From a virus (taxonomy: Duplodnaviria > Caudoviricetes), in IMG/VR virus record IMGVR_UViG_3300006120_000697, positions 1-24,782 of that record: a DNA stretch of 24,782 bases; one strand, 5' to 3'. A program made the position numbers and the translations under genes. Below are positions 23,580-24,782 of this stretch, piece after piece. The notes below the pieces were generated by a model. The model ran no database searches. It was not told where the DNA came from and was given only the letters and a program-made list of their open reading frames with translations. Each line of letters opens with the position of its first letter. The first letter of the stretch is position 1.

Positions 23580-24384
23580 TTGCTCCACAGCGAGCCCTTT
23601 TCGCCTGTGTAAGTTTTCCAAAATCCACACTCCATTCTTTGCCTGGCTGTAGTTCAACTGCTCCGGGAGGAAATGCAAATTGTACACCTGCTGTTTGTTC
23701 AATTTGTGTGATTGGCATACGGAACTTGGTTAGGTCATTACCTAGATTAGGATATGGTGCTACGTGTGGGAATGCCCAACCTGCGATTTCTTTAGTTTGA
23801 TTATTAATAACAATCTTGTAAAAGCCGTGTGGAACAACTACGCCTTTACCAATAGTTTTATCTTGTGCATTGTAAACACCGCCAACATAAACAGTGTATG
23901 ATTGATTAAGTTGTACAGACCATCCACGCACTGATGTTTCCAATAGTTTCCAGATACCCCTGTTAAGAGATCCAGCTTGTGGACTCATATTGGTCATAAG
24001 GAATGATTCATACTCTACTTGTGGATCCCAGCTTAGGTCACCGTCCGGAGCCATATGTCCTTTGTCGTAACCTGTACCAGCATAGTCACCAGGAACAGCA
24101 CCATTAGGTACAAATTGGTTAGCGGCAAATGCGTTAGTACGAGCAACACAGCCTAGTGCGTTTTGTGGCAATAGTTCGTAAGTTACATATTTTGGTAATT
24201 TAGCAGCCGCATCATATCCTACTAGATATGCCTGTTGGCATAATGGTTGTACACCAGCGGTTTGTGGAAAACCGTAGGGTGCGTGTGCCTGACATTGTGC
24301 AGGAGGAAATGGAGCACGTTGTGTCCAAGCGTTCGATGCTAGACTTGTAACTGCTAGCAATATAGCAAATAGAATTTTTTTCAT
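23563..24384 (-). CDS. Secreted DNA/RNA non-specific endonuclease (NucA/EndA beta-beta-alpha-Me family)
   Basis: Signal peptide; YDKGHMAP, SFLMTNMSPQ, LNRGIWKLLE, VPHGFYKI. Confidence 0.95.
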   Translation of the reverse strand: MKKILFAILLAVTSLASNAWTQRAPFPPAQCQAHAPYGFPQTAGVQPLCQQAYLVGYDAAAKLPKYVTYELLPQNALGCVARTNAFAANQFVPNGAVPGDYAGTGYDKGHMAPDGDLSWDPQVEYESFLMTNMSPQAGSLNRGIWKLLETSVRGWSVQLNQSYTVYVGGVYNAQDKTIGKGVVVPHGFYKIVINNQTKEIAGWAFPHVAPYPNLGNDLTKFRMPITQIEQTAGVQFAFPPGAVELQPGKEWSVDFGKLTQAKRARCGANASDD

Positions 24385-24416
24385 AATATACCTTTATAAA
24401 GTTGGTATATTATTTA
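24383..24416 (-). promoter_or_regulatory. TAAATA late promoter overlapping a 10-bp hairpin that occludes the SD and ATG of the endonuclease
   Basis: ATAATATACC-11 nt-GGTATATTAT(G). Confidence 0.75.
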
Positions 24417-24469
24417 TTATTATAAACTGCCGTTTCCGTAGATCTAGACGCCGCCGATGGCAGTGATTG

Positions 24470-24781
24470 TTATACTGACGCTTTTACAAAACAATTCCCT
24501 GCTGTGTTATCCACACAAATATAAGTTACCCACATTGTAGGATGATTACAGAGATAAAATGACGTTCCTCCAACAGCGTTGTTACTGGTTGAAAGTCCGT
24601 GATTGTACTGCTGAGTGCCGCCAATATTATTATAAACTATAACATTAACTTGTTTACCTGCGGTATAGTTAGTTAATGTTGCTGTTACAGTTGCGGCGTT
24701 TGTATGTAGGTGGATAGTTGTGTCTGTTGAAAAGTCGATAGTAAATGCAGTTGTGATTCCAGAAATAATCCTTGGTGCAGT
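24470..24781 (-). CDS. C-terminal part of a tail-fibre-like virion protein; runs off the right edge
   Basis: Hand translation: TAPRIISGITTAFTIDFSTD...TLTNYTAGKQVNVIV...VTYICVDNTAGNCFVKASV*. Confidence 0.7.
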   Translation of the reverse strand, partial: TAPRIISGITTAFTIDFSTDTTIHLHTNAATVTATLTNYTAGKQVNVIVYNNIGGTQQYNHGLSTSNNAVGGTSFYLCNHPTMWVTYICVDNTAGNCFVKASV

Positions 24782-24782
24782 G

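Noticed and set aside
1-24782. Genome-wide TAG recoding (code 15)
   Set aside because: TAG stops are rare, but all long genes, including late ones, are open under code 11 with no internal TAG.
24420-24782. Diversity-generating retroelement target (fibre end plus hairpin)
   Set aside because: No template repeat or reverse transcriptase in the window and no C-type-lectin-like terminal motif.

Overview
AT-rich, gene-dense segment of a large T4-like (jumbo) myovirus genome, probably infecting a freshwater Betaproteobacterium (inferred from DUF3579-like, PGDYG-like and glycine-zipper genes). Most genes are on the minus strand: an LpxH/YbbF-like metallophosphoesterase, a circularly permuted two-piece tmRNA, a PAAR-like spike tip, glutaredoxin with class Ia ribonucleotide reductase (nrdA/nrdB), a beta-helix virion protein, a PD-(D/E)XK exonuclease, head/core-type structural genes, a HAD-zincin multidomain protein, a pirin, a secreted non-specific endonuclease and the end of a fibre-like gene. 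A divergently transcribed plus-strand island (16.8-19.8 kb) holds several unannotated microproteins, a DUF3579-GNAT fusion, a cupin, an alpha/beta hydrolase and a phasin-like protein. Regulation is readable: near-consensus sigma70 promoters, about 18 gene-proximal TAAATA late-promoter boxes, and perfect hairpins that lock start sites against late promoters. Most notable: the permuted tmRNA with a non-canonical tag, two unexplained structured RNAs, the hairpin switches, proteins with capsid-targeting-like leaders and protease-site-delimited modules, and the plus-strand island. All family calls are from motif recognition by eye; no searches were run.
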